Shown piece by piece: positions 62,217 to 64,000 of a stretch of 64,000 bases of DNA; position 1 is the first letter of the stretch, and every line of letters starts with the position of its first letter. Below the pieces are notes generated by a model that searched no databases, was not told the origin of the DNA, and saw only the letters and a list, made by a program, of their open reading frames with translations. The position numbers were made by a program, and so were the translations under genes. This stretch comes from Candidatus Omnitrophota bacterium. GTDB taxonomy: Bacteria; Omnitrophota; Gorgyraeia; Aquiviventales; Aquiviventaceae. Where the stretch lies: the NCBI GenBank assembly GCA_023247275.1, contig JAHFGT010000005.1, forward strand, positions 124 through 64,123, read 5' to 3'.

Positions 62217-63611
62217 TCACCGGGTGTTCAGTCGTCGGCGCCACCGGGCAATCGCCTGGGCCACCAGACGGGGGTTCGGACTTCCAACGCTGCGTTTGCG
62301 CCACACCGACCGATTCGGATCGAGGATCTCGCGCGCGTGGGCATCGAACAACGTTGAAACCTGCTGGAGCTCGTTCATCTGAAGTTCCTGTAACCGTTTG
62401 CCCTGGCGCTCGCTCAGCGCCACCAGGGTTCCGACAATTCGATGGGCATCGCTGAACGCCACCCCGCGCTGCACCAGATGGTCTGCGAGGTCAGTGGCGC
62501 ACAGGGAGTCGGTCTCCAACAACCGATTCAACTGATCAGTCCGCACTCGCACATGTCCCAGGAACCGCGCGAACACGTCAAGCCCATCGCGCGTCAGATC
62601 GATTGACTCGAACAGCAGACGCTTATCCCACTGCAAATCTCGATTATACGTCAGCGGCAACCCTTTCATCACCGTCAAAAACGCCGTCAACTGTCCGATG
62701 ACCAACCCGGCCTGCCCACGCAACAGCTCAAGCACATCCGGATTCTTTTTTTGTGGCATCAGGCTTGATCCAGTCGCCACCGCGTCATCCAACGCGAGAA
62801 TACCGAACTCTTCGGTGGACCAGAGAATAAGATCTTCGGCCATGCGTGAAAGATTCACGCCCAGGATCGCGGCCGCGCTGAGCAATTCCATCACAAAGTC
62901 CCGATCTGCGACCGCATCTAAGCTATTCAGCGCGATCCGAGGAAATCCGAGCAGCTTCGCCACATAAGCGCGATCGATCGGCAGCGATGTCCCGGCCAGC
63001 GCCCCAGCCCCAAGCGGTAGCACATTGATCCGCCTCTCGACAGAAACCAGCCGCTCGCTGTCCCGAGCCAGCATCTCGACATACGCCAGTAGCTGATGCG
63101 CCAGCACGATCGGTTGGCCGCGTTGTAAATGCGTGTAGCCTGGGATCACCGTGCGCGTGTGGCCTGAGGCGAGTTGTATCAACGCCTGTTGGACGCGGAC
63201 GATCGCCTGCTGGACGCGAGCGACTGCATCGCGACAATAGAGACGCAGATCCAGACTGACTTGATCGTTACGGCTGCGCGCGGTGTGGAGCGTGCGCGCG
63301 ACCGGGCCGATGGTGCGCTCGAGTAACTGCTGAATGGCGGTATGCACATCTTCCGCTCGATGATCTGGTCGCCAGCCAGGCGCAGCCACAACCCGCCGAA
63401 CCCGTTGCAAGCCGGTGACCAACCGCCGCGAGTCAGCCGCTGGAATAATACGGCACCGACCCAGCATCTTGGCGTGCGCGATCGAACCGTCCACATCGTA
63501 GACGGCCAATCGCTGGTCCACGGCCAGGCTTGAGGTGTACCGCTCAACCACGGGATCCGTCGCTTGAGAAAACCGTCCGCCCCATAGTTTGCGCGATCGA
63601 GCAGGCGCCAT
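62217..63611 (-). CDS. argH: Argininosuccinate lyase
   Basis: KLWGGRFS N-terminus and fumarate-lyase signature GSSLMPQKKNPD. The start is set at ATG 63611. Confidence 0.9.
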   Translation of the reverse strand: MAPARSRKLWGGRFSQATDPVVERYTSSLAVDQRLAVYDVDGSIAHAKMLGRCRIIPAADSRRLVTGLQRVRRVVAAPGWRPDHRAEDVHTAIQQLLERTIGPVARTLHTARSRNDQVSLDLRLYCRDAVARVQQAIVRVQQALIQLASGHTRTVIPGYTHLQRGQPIVLAHQLLAYVEMLARDSERLVSVERRINVLPLGAGALAGTSLPIDRAYVAKLLGFPRIALNSLDAVADRDFVMELLSAAAILGVNLSRMAEDLILWSTEEFGILALDDAVATGSSLMPQKKNPDVLELLRGQAGLVIGQLTAFLTVMKGLPLTYNRDLQWDKRLLFESIDLTRDGLDVFARFLGHVRVRTDQLNRLLETDSLCATDLADHLVQRGVAFSDAHRIVGTLVALSERQGKRLQELQMNELQQVSTLFDAHAREILDPNRSVWRKRSVGSPNPRLVAQAIARWRRRLNTR

Positions 63612-63612
63612 A

Positions 63613-64000
63613 TCAACTCCGTCCAGGAATTCGACGACCTGATTGATGACTCCCCTCATACGGCAGGCCGAGCAGCTTGATAAACCCGGCTGCGGCGTGT
63701 TGATCAAACCGATCTCCGCTGGCATACGTGGCCAACTCGTGCTGATACAATCCATACGGGGAACGCCGACCCACAACGTGGCAACTGCCTCGGTACAACT
63801 TCAGGCGGACTTCTCCGGTCAGGCGTCGCTGGGTCGTATGGATAAACGCATCCAGCGCCTCCCGCAAGGGCGTCAACCACAACCCTTCGTAGATCAGATC
63901 CGCATAGGTTCCAGCCAACCCGTGCTTGACGCGCAGGAGCTGCCGATCCAGCACAAGCCGTTCCAGCTCTTGATGTGCCTCCAACAACAACGTGCCGGCT
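63613..64000 (-). CDS. argG: Argininosuccinate synthase, C-terminal part (gene continues beyond the window end)
   Basis: ...LLEAHQELERLVLDRQ....YADLIYEGLWLTPLREALDAFI.......GEVRLKLYRG. The reading frame stays open to position 64000. Confidence 0.85.
   Translation of the reverse strand, partial: AGTLLLEAHQELERLVLDRQLLRVKHGLAGTYADLIYEGLWLTPLREALDAFIHTTQRRLTGEVRLKLYRGSCHVVGRRSPYGLYQHELATYASGDRFDQHAAAGFIKLLGLPYEGSHQSGRRIPGRS

Overview
This is a 64-kb window from a high-GC diderm bacterium (secretin, SurA and ExbB/ExbD are present). I cannot place it taxonomically from sequence alone. Every gene I can support lies on the minus strand: about 70 CDS and one tRNA-Ala(CGC). The genes are tightly packed. 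I read 14 four-nt ATGA/GTGA start-stop overlaps and 4 one-nt overlaps directly.

Most content is housekeeping:
- polA 5' end, tsaD, an S41 protease, gatCAB, rsmA-pdxA-surA, a compact mfd, argS and rsfS
- nadD-proA-proB-obg-rpmA-rplU, rng, rsmE and uvrA
- nadX-panD-panC-folK, a contiguous DapL-type lysine pathway (dapL-dapB-dapA-dapF-lysA), argH and the argG 3' part

Three accessory blocks interrupt it:
1. 0.3-6.5 kb: an orphan pseudopilin module (GspH-like, GspG, two tandem GspE-family ATPases). It is translationally coupled to larB and a small cupin. A bactofilin-HTH fusion and an HTH-membrane protein sit upstream.
2. 26.2-34.8 kb: a glycosylation/methylation block. It holds three SAM methyltransferases, a GT2 and two large polytopic membrane proteins, one with TPRs.
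3. 35.8-47.5 kb: a complete co-directional type IVa-pilus-like locus. It runs PilX/minor pilins, a 556-aa secreted fibre-like protein, a PilM-PilN fusion, PilO, a PilP-like protein, the secretin, PilB, PilC, the major pilin and a strong terminator.

Most notable findings:
- A ~260-nt structured leader precedes the minor-pilin operon. It has a TTGACA-18-TATACT promoter and ends in an intrinsic terminator abutting the SD. Its core resembles a GEMM-I (c-di-GMP-I) riboswitch.
- PilB carries a textbook tandem MshEN c-di-GMP-binding motif.
- A 67-bp palindromic MITE-like insertion with a 9-bp target duplication rewrites the folK C-terminus.
- Inverted arrays of a CAGA-type heptamer occur at two intergenic sites. 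One supplies the dapA tail and a bridging mini-ORF.
- Two small CDS are missing from the ORF track.

I found no CRISPR array, rRNA, integrase, transposase or recognisable defence system.
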